Source: Gemmatimonadota bacterium (GTDB lineage: Bacteria; Gemmatimonadota; Gemmatimonadetes; Longimicrobiales; Gaopeijiaceae). From it: DNA of 59,847 bases. Location: NCBI GenBank assembly GCA_037387345.1, contig JARRLD010000022.1, positions 1-59,847 on the forward strand, given 5' to 3'. This document shows, in pieces, positions 1 through 8,098 of this stretch. The notes under the pieces were generated by a model, which worked only from the letters and a program-made list of their open reading frames with translations, was not told the DNA's origin and made no database searches. Numbering within the stretch: the first letter of the stretch is position 1; every line of letters begins with the position of its first letter. The translations under genes were made by a program, and so were the position numbers.

Positions 1-267
1 GGGGACGTTCAGGTTGGTCCCCTCGGTCACGGCGCGGCCGCACACGCCGGTACCGACGGGGATCTTCGAGTGCTCCGTGGGCGTCCCGACATAGTTGTGC
101 AGCCAGAGCTCGTCATCGTCGACGTTCAGCAAGTAGACCCCCACCCAGCTGAATCGGTCATCGGAGGACGAGATGGTTCGCACCGCATAGCGCAGGAGCG
201 CGTCGGAGAGATGTCCCTCGTCGCGCATCGTCTGCAGATCCAACACGAGCTTCCCAGGGTCTAGCAT
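1..267 (-). CDS. GAF-domain protein, free methionine-(R)-sulfoxide reductase-like; first 89 codons only, gene runs off the left edge
   Basis: Not in ORF track because there is no stop inside the window. Minus-strand translation from ATG (cat at 265-267): MLDPGKLVLDLQTMRDEGHLSDALLRYAVRTISSSDDRFSWVGVYLLNVDDDELWLHNYVGTPTEHSKIPVGTGVCGRAVTEGTNLNVP. The WVGVYLL...G.GVCGRA pattern is typical of small GAF/fRMsr proteins. Confidence 0.6.
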   Translation of the reverse strand, partial: MLDPGKLVLDLQTMRDEGHLSDALLRYAVRTISSSDDRFSWVGVYLLNVDDDELWLHNYVGTPTEHSKIPVGTGVCGRAVTEGTNLNVP

Positions 268-441
268 GCTTGAGCATTCCATCCGAACGGGTTCACCTGC
301 CCCGGCGCGACCCCGTGCAGGCGTACGTTCTCCGATTCCGGACGCCTCTCCGCGTGAGAGGTCCCACCGCGGCCCGGACGTGGAGCCAATAACCCTAGAC
401 AACGCCCCGTGAAGCGTCAATCTCCCCAGCCAGGGATCCCG

Positions 442-1509
442 TCAGCGAGGAGTGAAGTCCGTCTCCGCCCCGAGCTGCCGGATGAACGCGGCCAGGAGGC
501 CGGCCGTGTTCCGGAGGTCCTCGAGGCTCACCACCTCGTTGGGCGAATGCATGTACCGGTTCGGCACGGAGACCAGGCCCGTCGGCACGCCGGCGCGCGT
601 CAGGAAGATGCCGTCGGCGTCGGTCCGCGTGGCCCTGGGCGAAGCCTGGATGGTATGCGGGATCCCTTCCGCCGCAGCCACGTCCGCCAGCTTCTCGAAG
701 ACCTGGCTGTGCGACGCCGACCCCCGACTCAGGACCGGACCACCCCCCAGGTGGTGCTCTCCGAGCTCCTTCTTCTCGATGTTCGGCACGTCGGTGCTGA
801 ACGTGACGTCCACCACCAGGGCGACGTCAGGTCTGAGGGAATAGGCACTCGTGCGGGCCCCACCGCCGGAATGGCCGATCTCCTCCTGCACCGTCGCCAC
901 CGCCGTGACGGCGGCCCCGGGCGGATCCTCGGCGAGAAGCCGTAGCGCCTCCAGGACCACATAGGCTCCGATCCGGTTGTCGATGGCCCGACTGGCGATC
1001 CGGTCTCCGGCAAGCCACACCACACCCTGGGCAAGGACCATGGGATCTCCGACCCGTACCCCCAGGGCTGCCACTTCCTCACGGCTGCCGGCGCCCACGT
1101 CGACCCAGAGGTCCCTGGTCTTCGACGCCTTGGCCTTCTCCTCGTCGGTCATGAGGTGGATCGCCTTCTTGCCGAGCACCCCCGGAACGTCACCGTCACG
1201 GCCGAGCAAGGTAACCCGCTGTCCCACCAGCACCTGCGGATCCCAGCCGCCGATCTCGTCGACGTACAGGAACCCCTCCTCATCGATATGCGTGACCTGG
1301 AGCCCGATCTCGTCGATATGGCCCGCCAGCATCACGGAGGGATTTCCGTCACCATGGACCGTCGCGTAGGAGTTGCCGCTCACGTCGACCCTGACGTCCT
1401 GGGCGAACCGCATCGCCTCTTCGCGCCATACGCGGGCTGGACGTACCTCGAACCCGGACGGGCCGGGGGCATCCAGGAGACGTTCGAGAAAGGAGATGTC
1501 GTTGGACAT
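442..1509 (-). CDS. M42 family metallopeptidase (glutamyl aminopeptidase / FrvX-like)
   Basis: 355-aa ORF with ATG start. LERLLDAPGPSGFE...AGHIDEIGLQVTHIDEEGFL...GGWDPQVLVGQRV...AIDNRIG...RYMHSPNEVVSLEDL is the M42 layout. Confidence 0.85.
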   Translation of the reverse strand: MSNDISFLERLLDAPGPSGFEVRPARVWREEAMRFAQDVRVDVSGNSYATVHGDGNPSVMLAGHIDEIGLQVTHIDEEGFLYVDEIGGWDPQVLVGQRVTLLGRDGDVPGVLGKKAIHLMTDEEKAKASKTRDLWVDVGAGSREEVAALGVRVGDPMVLAQGVVWLAGDRIASRAIDNRIGAYVVLEALRLLAEDPPGAAVTAVATVQEEIGHSGGGARTSAYSLRPDVALVVDVTFSTDVPNIEKKELGEHHLGGGPVLSRGSASHSQVFEKLADVAAAEGIPHTIQASPRATRTDADGIFLTRAGVPTGLVSVPNRYMHSPNEVVSLEDLRNTAGLLAAFIRQLGAETDFTPR

Positions 1510-1573
1510 GAAAGGACACGGTGGGAAGGGGGTGGATCGAGTCAGGGAAGACCGGTATTCGCGGCGACGGCGA

Positions 1574-2065
1574 TCACGCTTCGGGAGGGTCGACGGAGAT
1601 CTCCTTGTCCGGGTCGAGATCAGGGGAGGTCCGGCCGGCGGCCTCTGGGCCGCTCCAGAAGCCGGGTTCCCCGACCAACACCCGCACGGTCCCGTCGCGA
1701 ATCCGTCGCTCCAGCAAACGGCGCACGCGTCGCTGGATCCAGCGACGGGAAAGGGGAAGAAGAAGAGCGAATCCCGCCAGATCCGTGAGGATACCCGGGG
1801 TCAGCAGGAAAGCGCCACCGACCAGGACCGCGATCCCGTCCTGAAGAGCCTGCCCTGGTAGCCTTCCTGACGCCAGCTCCCTCTGGAACGCCCAGAACAC
1901 GCGGAAGCCCTCTGCTCGGGCAAGCGCCGCGCCTGTCAGGCCGGTGAAGATCACGAGGGCCAACGTGGGCAGAAGGCCGACGATCTGCCCCAGCTCCACG
2001 AGCAACACCAGCTCCAGAACGGGAATGATGACGAAGAGCAGGGCGAGACGGGCCAGAATGGACAT
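1574..2065 (-). CDS. fxsA: FxsA family membrane protein
   Basis: Internal ATG at 2065 gives MSILARLALLFVIIPVLELVLLVELGQIVGLLPTLALVIFTGLTGAALARAEG...LLTPGILTDLAGFALLLP, the FxsA signature. The 35 upstream codons in the track ORF are Arg/Pro-rich and look non-coding. Confidence 0.8.
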   Translation of the reverse strand: MSILARLALLFVIIPVLELVLLVELGQIVGLLPTLALVIFTGLTGAALARAEGFRVFWAFQRELASGRLPGQALQDGIAVLVGGAFLLTPGILTDLAGFALLLPLSRRWIQRRVRRLLERRIRDGTVRVLVGEPGFWSGPEAAGRTSPDLDPDKEISVDPPEA

Positions 2066-2198
2066 GCGACCCTCTACCCACCGACCCAGGGCGGGATCCG
2101 CTTCGGGCGGTGCGGTCCGCACCCCGGACCCCCGTGACGCCCGGGGGGTAGCCTCGGACCCACACAGCATACGGCATCGCAGGGTGAGGACGTCTCGA

Positions 2199-3434
2199 AT
2201 GGAGCAGACCTACTTCCGACGGGGATTCGGGCTCAAGAAGGAGCTGCGGCCGCTCATCGACGCCGAGTACCAATCGGCGCTCGTGGAGCGCATCCGGTCC
2301 CGTGGCTTCACCGACAGCTTCGGGGATGTAACGGTGCGCCTGGCGCAGGAGTTCGGGTTCTGCTACGGAGTGGACCGGGCCGTGGACTACGCCTACGAGA
2401 CCGTCCACAAGTTCCCGCACAAGAAGATCTATCTGGTGGGCGAGATCATCCACAATCCTCATGTGAACCAGCGCATGACGGACATGGGCATCACCTTCAT
2501 CTACCCGGACTCCGACGGCCGTTTCGACTTCTCCCACGTCACGAGCGACGACGTGGTGATCATCCCCGCCTTCGGCGTGACCCTTGACGACTTCGACGCA
2601 TTGCGCGACACCGGCTGCATCCTGGTGGACACCACGTGCGGATCCGTGCTCCACGTGTGGAAGCGGGTGGAGAGCTATGCACGGGATGGGTTCACCTCGG
2701 TGATCCACGGTAAATACACACACGAGGAGTCCCGGGCCACGGCGTCGCAGGCACGAAAGCACCGGGGGGGCAAGTACATCGTCGTCAGGGACATGGCGGA
2801 GGCCGAGCTGATCTGCGACTACATCGCCGATCGGCCTGGAAGCATGACCCGCGAGGAGTTCCTCGTTCACTTCGAGGGGAAGTCCTCTCCCGGGTTCGAT
2901 CCCGACGTGGATCTGACGCGCGTGGGCGTGGCGAATCAGACCACCATGCTCGCCAGCGAGTCCATCGCCATCGGCATGAGGATCCATGAAGCGATGCTGG
3001 AGCTTCACGACCTGGACGATGTGGCAGACTACTACCGCTCTTTCGGCACCATCTGCTCGGCCACGCAGGAGCGGCAGGACGCCGTGGCGGAGATGATGAA
3101 GAATCCCCCCGACGTCATGATCGTCATCGGGGGATACAACTCCTCGAACACCAACCATCTCGCACACCTGTGCCGGCAATACACCCCCACCTACCACATC
3201 CAGGACGCGTCCTGCATCGCCGTGGAGACGGGAGCCATCCGCCACAAGCCTGAGCTCAGCCCGGACGCGGACGAGGCGCAAAGCGTCGCGTGGCTTCCCG
3301 AAGGTCCCTTCGAGCTCGGGATCACCGCCGGCGCCTCCACTCCGAACAACAAGATCGGTGAGGCGCTCCTGAGGGTGCTGAGGATCAGGGGGATCGACGT
3401 GGAACGGGAAGCCGAGCAGTCCCAACCCGCCTGA
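2199..3434 (+). CDS. ispH: 4-hydroxy-3-methylbut-2-enyl diphosphate reductase, long form
   Basis: ATG at 2199 (MEQTYFRRGFGLKKE...). The segments EFGFCYGVDRAV, IYLVGEIIHNPHV, VIIPAFG, VDTTCG, NQTTM, ICSATQERQ and GGYNSSNTNHL cover the three Cys ligands and conserved IspH blocks. The upstream part of the track ORF overlaps fxsA and is discarded. Confidence 0.9.
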   Translation: MEQTYFRRGFGLKKELRPLIDAEYQSALVERIRSRGFTDSFGDVTVRLAQEFGFCYGVDRAVDYAYETVHKFPHKKIYLVGEIIHNPHVNQRMTDMGITFIYPDSDGRFDFSHVTSDDVVIIPAFGVTLDDFDALRDTGCILVDTTCGSVLHVWKRVESYARDGFTSVIHGKYTHEESRATASQARKHRGGKYIVVRDMAEAELICDYIADRPGSMTREEFLVHFEGKSSPGFDPDVDLTRVGVANQTTMLASESIAIGMRIHEAMLELHDLDDVADYYRSFGTICSATQERQDAVAEMMKNPPDVMIVIGGYNSSNTNHLAHLCRQYTPTYHIQDASCIAVETGAIRHKPELSPDADEAQSVAWLPEGPFELGITAGASTPNNKIGEALLRVLRIRGIDVEREAEQSQPA

Positions 3435-3446
3435 GGGGGAGCTCCG

Positions 3447-3974
3447 CTACCCTCCAGCTGGAGTGTCCTGGATGGCACGGCCCAGCTTCTTGAGAAGGCT
3501 CCTGAGCATCTCCTGCTCCTCGGGCTCCAGGTGACCGCTGAGCTCCTCCACGTAGCTGCCGTGGCCGGGAAAGACGGAGGCGATGAGGGCCTTTCCATCA
3601 TGCGTAAGCTTCGCCTGGATGATCCGCCGATCCCTGGGTGAGCGCTCCCGGTACACCAGCCCCTGCTCTTCCAGACGATCCATCACGTACGTGATATTGC
3701 CCCCGGTCACGAGGAGCTTGTCCGCCAACTCTCCCAGCGACAGCGGACCCAGGTGATAGAGCGCCTCGATGATCCCGAACTGTGGCGGCGTGAGTCCGTA
3801 CTCCTGGATCTTGCAGGCGATGGCCTTGGCGTAGGTGGCGTAGCAGCGCGCGAGCGCGATCCACAGGCGAAGCGCACGCTCCTGGCTCCCGGACCAGTCT
3901 CTCGCAGCCGGGCGGTCGGGGTCCGCGGGAGCCCCGGAGGGGCCCACCTGTCCGGGTGAAGGCCGTTCCGCCAT
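3447..3974 (-). CDS. MarR family transcriptional regulator
   Basis: LTPPQFGIIEALYHLGPLSLGELADKLLVTGGNITYVMDRLEEQGLVYRERSPRDRRIIQAKLT is a MarR winged helix. Its ATG shares one base with the lpdA stop (TGATG on the coding strand). Confidence 0.85.
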   Translation of the reverse strand: MAERPSPGQVGPSGAPADPDRPAARDWSGSQERALRLWIALARCYATYAKAIACKIQEYGLTPPQFGIIEALYHLGPLSLGELADKLLVTGGNITYVMDRLEEQGLVYRERSPRDRRIIQAKLTHDGKALIASVFPGHGSYVEELSGHLEPEEQEMLRSLLKKLGRAIQDTPAGG

Positions 3975-5380
3975 CAGACGTGGATGGCCCGGCCCAGGGC
4001 CGCGAGGGCACCCTCCGCCACGCCCTCGGACAACGTCGGATGGGGATGCATCGCCTTCTCCAGCTCCTCCACCGTGGATTCGAGGTGCCGGCCCACCACA
4101 AATTCCGCGATGAGCTCGGTGGCGTGGGGCCCGACGATGTGGGCTCCGAGGATCTCCGAGTACTGCTTGTCACGGATGACCTTGATGAAGCCCTCGGTAT
4201 GCCCAGCAGCCACGGCTCGCCCGATCCCCACCCATGGGAACTTGCCGACCTCGATGTCGAACCCTTGCTCCTTCGCCTGCTCCTCCGTAAGTCCCACCGA
4301 CGCCACCTCCGGATGGCAGTAGGTGCAGTTCGGCACGTTTCCGTAGTCCACGGTCCCGTGGCCCTGGCCGGCGATATGCTCTACACAGACGATGCCCTCG
4401 TGGCTGGCCTTGTGCGCCAGTAGCTGGCGGCCGGCCACGTCTCCGATGGCGTAGACGCCGGGGGCGCTGGTGCGCATCCGGTCGTCCACCGGGATGAATC
4501 CACGGGGATCCGGGGTGATGTCCACCGTTTCGAGACCGATGTCCTCGGAGTTGGGCACGCGACCGACCGCCGAGAGGACGTAATCGACCTTCATCTCGTG
4601 GGCCTCGTCCTTGACGTCCTTGAAGGTGACGCTGACGCCGTCGTCCAGGACCTCCGCCGTCTCCAGGCGAGCCGACACGTGGATGGCGATGCCCCGCTTC
4701 TTGAAGCTCCGCGTCATGAGCCTGGAGACCTCGGCGTCCTCCAGCGGAAGGATCCGGTCGAGAGCCTCGACGAGGGTGACCTCGGTCCCGAAGGCGTTGT
4801 AGATGTCGGCGAACTCCATGCCGATGGCTCCTGCACCGACGATGAACAGCGAACCGGGCGCCGTCTCCTGCATGAGGGCGCCGGTGGACGACCAGATCCG
4901 TTGTTCGTCGATCTGGAGGAACGGGAGGTCACGCGACCTCGAGCCCGTCGCGATGATGACGTGGGAGGCTTCCACCACCGTCCGCGATCCGTCGGCCTCC
5001 TCCACCTCCACCTTTCCCTGGCCCTTCAGGCGTCCGTACCCCTCGAGAGGGGTGACCTTGTTCTTCTTGAACAGGTGGGCGACCCCCCGGCTCAGCTGGT
5101 CCGCCACGGCGCGGCTGCGCTTCTGGGCGGGCCCGAGGTCGAAGGAGAGGTCGGAGGCCGCGATCCCGTGCCGCGCCCCCTCCTTCATCTCGTTGGCGAG
5201 AAACGCGCTGGTGAGGAGCGCCTTGGTGGGAATGCACCCGATGTTGAGGCACACGCCGCCGAGCGCGTCCGTCTCGACGCATGCCACGCTCAGGCCCAAT
5301 TGGGCCGCCCGGATTGCAGCCACGTACCCGCCGGGGCCGCTGCCGATGATCACCAGATCGAAGCGATCGCCGCTCGCCAC
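3974..5380 (-). CDS. lpdA: dihydrolipoyl dehydrogenase (E3)
   Basis: The segments DLVIIGSGPGGYVAA, GGVCLNIGCIPTK (redox disulfide) and HPHPTLSE, with full-length similarity to Lpd. GTG start preceded by GAGG. Confidence 0.95.
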   Translation of the reverse strand: MASGDRFDLVIIGSGPGGYVAAIRAAQLGLSVACVETDALGGVCLNIGCIPTKALLTSAFLANEMKEGARHGIAASDLSFDLGPAQKRSRAVADQLSRGVAHLFKKNKVTPLEGYGRLKGQGKVEVEEADGSRTVVEASHVIIATGSRSRDLPFLQIDEQRIWSSTGALMQETAPGSLFIVGAGAIGMEFADIYNAFGTEVTLVEALDRILPLEDAEVSRLMTRSFKKRGIAIHVSARLETAEVLDDGVSVTFKDVKDEAHEMKVDYVLSAVGRVPNSEDIGLETVDITPDPRGFIPVDDRMRTSAPGVYAIGDVAGRQLLAHKASHEGIVCVEHIAGQGHGTVDYGNVPNCTYCHPEVASVGLTEEQAKEQGFDIEVGKFPWVGIGRAVAAGHTEGFIKVIRDKQYSEILGAHIVGPHATELIAEFVVGRHLESTVEELEKAMHPHPTLSEGVAEGALAALGRAIHV

Positions 5381-5646
5381 TCTGACCTCGCTGGAAAGGA
5401 GAGACGGAGCTCTCCGGAGAATCCGTATAATGTTGAAGAATCATGAAGGTAGAGTCCCGTCCGGAGGGGGTAAAGCCCGACTCCACCTCATCCTCGTCCG
5501 CCCCTCGGGGGAGAAGGCCGACTGCCTGGCCCAAAGAGACACGCGGCGGAGGTCGCAGGGACGCTCGGCTTTGCCCGTCTCGCCCTTCCTCCCCTAGAAT
5601 GCCAGGCGCGCAGCGCCAGGAGCTACCCCCCGCCGGGAGGTCGAAC

Positions 5647-6190
5647 ATGTGGGAGCTGGGAGTCGTCGCGGTCGTCGCGATCGTAGGCATCGCCATGTAC
5701 AACTCGCTGGTGCGGCTTCGAGAGCGCGCCGACGGAGCCTGGGCCGACGTGGACGTTCAGCTGAAACGACGCTACGACCTCATCCCGAATCTCGTGGAAA
5801 CGGTCAAGGGGTACGCCAGCCACGAGAAGGATACCCTCGAAGCGGGTCATCCAGGCCCGGAACTCGGCCATGGCGGCCCAGGGCCCCGCGGCGAAGGGCG
5901 AGGCCGAGAATGTGCTCACCGGCGCACTTCGGTCCTTGTTCGCGCTGTCGGAGGCATATCCCCAGCTCCAGGCAGCCGAGGGTTTTCGAGACCTCCAGGC
6001 GAGCCTGAGCCAGCTGGAGCACCAGGTGGCAGAGGCCAGACGCTACTACAACGCCGTCGTGCGGGATTTCAACACGAAGACGCAGACCTTTCCCAGCGTC
6101 GTGATCGCCCGGGCCTTCGGATTCGGCCAGCGGGAGTTCTTCGAGGTGGCCGAGGATGAGCGGGCCGCGCCAGAAGTCAGCTTCGAGTAG
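5647..6190 (+). pseudogene. lemA: LemA family protein, reading frame broken by one extra G (or a sequencing error)
   Basis: The N-terminal half ([66 protein letters not shown]) is in the frame of 5647. The C-terminal half ([47 protein letters not shown]...[27 protein letters not shown]) is in the frame of 5870. The switch is at gaa gcg G gtc atc, in the GGG run at 5844-5846. Confidence 0.75.
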
Positions 6191-6239
6191 CGAAGCTCGG
6201 CCCGCCTCACCTCGTCACGTACTCGGAGGAGCGATTCCC

Positions 6240-7943
6240 GTGCCCAACGCCGTCCGATCGCGTTTCGTCATCTTGGCGGCGGCCCTCGCCGTGGCGGCCG
6301 GCTGCCTTCCCGCCGCTGTCGCGGCCCAACGAAGCCTCGAGATCCTGAGCTTCGACGTCACCCTCGGCGTGGAGCCGTCGGGTTGGCTGGACGTCCGCGA
6401 GGAGATCCAGGTCCGGTTCACCGGGTCCTGGAACGGCATCTTCCGCTTGATTCCCGTGGAATACCGGACACCCCAGGGCTTTTCGTACCGGTTGTTCATG
6501 GACGACGTCGCCGTCACCGGCCCTGGCGGGCAGCCCTACGAGTTCGAATCCTCGCGAGAGCGACACTACAAGAAGCTCCGCATCCGGGTTCCGGGAGCGG
6601 ATGACGCGACCCGGACGGTGTTCATCCGCTACCGCGTCCCCAACGCGCTGAAGTTCTGGGACGAGTATGACGAGCTGTACTGGAACGTCACCGGCGACGA
6701 GTGGGAGATACCCATCCGCTCCGCCTCCGCCATGGTCGTGCTCCCCGCTGGTGCGACCAACACCCGAACCGCCTCCTGGACCGGCGGCTACGGCTCCACG
6801 CAGAACGCAGCGTCGGTGGAGCCAACCGGGGGAGGATTCTTCTTCGAGACGCAAAGGCCCCTGAGCTACCGGGAGGGCCTCACCATCGCCGTTGCCTGGG
6901 ATCCCGGCGTCGTCCGCCGCCCGGGCCTGCTCGCCCGTTCGATCCTCTTTCTCAGGGCCAATTGGCTCCTTTTCTTCCCCTTCGTGAGCCTGGCCGTCAT
7001 GTGGCGCCTGTGGGCACGGCGCGGTCGGGACCCCGCCCGGCTCTCCGTATCACCCCAGTACGAGCCTCCCGACGGGCTGACTCCGGCCGAGGCGGGGACG
7101 CTCCTGGACAACCGTCCGGACATGCGTGACGTCACGGCCGGTCTGGTCGACCTGGCGGTGCGAGGCTACGTGCGCATCGAAGAGACCATGGCGGAAGGCT
7201 TCCTGGCCAGGATCACGGGTGGGACGGACTACCTCCTCGTCCCGGCGCGGCCCCGGGCGACGTGGAGTGAGCTCCAGGACCACGAGCGCGAGATCCTCTT
7301 CGGGGTCTTCGGCCGATCGGGCGAGGATCTGCCTCCCCCTGTGCCGCTGTCCAGCCTGGAACGGGAGTTCTACACGCACCAGGCCTGGATGGGGACGGCG
7401 GCCACCGTCCTCGCCCTGGGGGTAGCGGGGGGACTCGCCCTGGCCGGCTGGCTCGAGCTCTCGCGCCTCACGGCGATCCTGGCCGGTGTCGGTACCGCGC
7501 TGCCCGTGTTCGGCTTCGGCATGTTCATGCCGGCCCGTACCGTGAAGGGCGCCCGGACGCAGGAGCTGGTCATGGGATTCGAGGAGTTTCTCGAGCGGGT
7601 GGAGTCGGACCGGTACCGGCGCATGGTGACGTCGCCGGAGATGTTCGAACGTTTCCTTCCCTACGCCATGGCGTTCGGCGTGGAGCGGCGCTGGGCCGCC
7701 GCCTTCGACGGCATCTATCAGGAACCCCCGACGTGGTACGTGGGCAGTTGGGACGGGGACGGGGGGTTCCGTCCGAGCCGGTTCGCCGACTCCATGGGTC
7801 GGATGTCGTCCACTGCCGCCTCCACGCTCGCGTCCCAACCACGCAGCAGCGGTGGGTCGGGCTTCAGCAGCGGCGGAGGGTTCTCTGGAGGGGGAGGCTT
7901 CAGCGGCGGCGGCTCCGGGGGTGGCGGAGGAGGCGGTTGGTAG
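6240..7943 (+). CDS. DUF2207 domain membrane protein (usual LemA partner)
   Basis: Signal/TM (RSRFVILAAALAVAAGCLPAAVAAQ), a large extracytoplasmic domain, TM helices, and a Gly-rich tail [30 protein letters not shown] typical of DUF2207. I prefer GTG 6240 (GGAGGA lies 9 nt upstream) over the track ATG 6156, which overlaps lemA. Confidence 0.8.
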   Translation: MPNAVRSRFVILAAALAVAAGCLPAAVAAQRSLEILSFDVTLGVEPSGWLDVREEIQVRFTGSWNGIFRLIPVEYRTPQGFSYRLFMDDVAVTGPGGQPYEFESSRERHYKKLRIRVPGADDATRTVFIRYRVPNALKFWDEYDELYWNVTGDEWEIPIRSASAMVVLPAGATNTRTASWTGGYGSTQNAASVEPTGGGFFFETQRPLSYREGLTIAVAWDPGVVRRPGLLARSILFLRANWLLFFPFVSLAVMWRLWARRGRDPARLSVSPQYEPPDGLTPAEAGTLLDNRPDMRDVTAGLVDLAVRGYVRIEETMAEGFLARITGGTDYLLVPARPRATWSELQDHEREILFGVFGRSGEDLPPPVPLSSLEREFYTHQAWMGTAATVLALGVAGGLALAGWLELSRLTAILAGVGTALPVFGFGMFMPARTVKGARTQELVMGFEEFLERVESDRYRRMVTSPEMFERFLPYAMAFGVERRWAAAFDGIYQEPPTWYVGSWDGDGGFRPSRFADSMGRMSSTAASTLASQPRSSGGSGFSSGGGFSGGGGFSGGGSGGGGGGGW

Positions 7944-8098
7944 ATCGCCCGCGGGAGTCACGACTCCGGAGATCACTCGCTGCCGATTCGACCTGCGCGG
8001 AATGGCTGAACCTCCGGCGGCCGGCATGATGTAGGGTTCGGTGGGGCTCGGTGCCGCCGGCGCCCGGACGCCAATCCAGGGAAGGGGCGGGAAGCACG

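Noticed and set aside
1620-3425. 601-aa minus-strand ORF covering the whole ispH gene
   Set aside because: It is antisense to a gene with unmistakable IspH motifs. Its translation is Arg/Gly/Pro/His-rich with no recognisable domain. This is the typical stop-codon-poor antisense frame of a high-GC genome.
6536-6555. gagttcgaatcctcg T-arm-like sequence
   Set aside because: It lies inside the DUF2207 coding frame (YEFESSRE) and there is no acceptor or anticodon structure around it.
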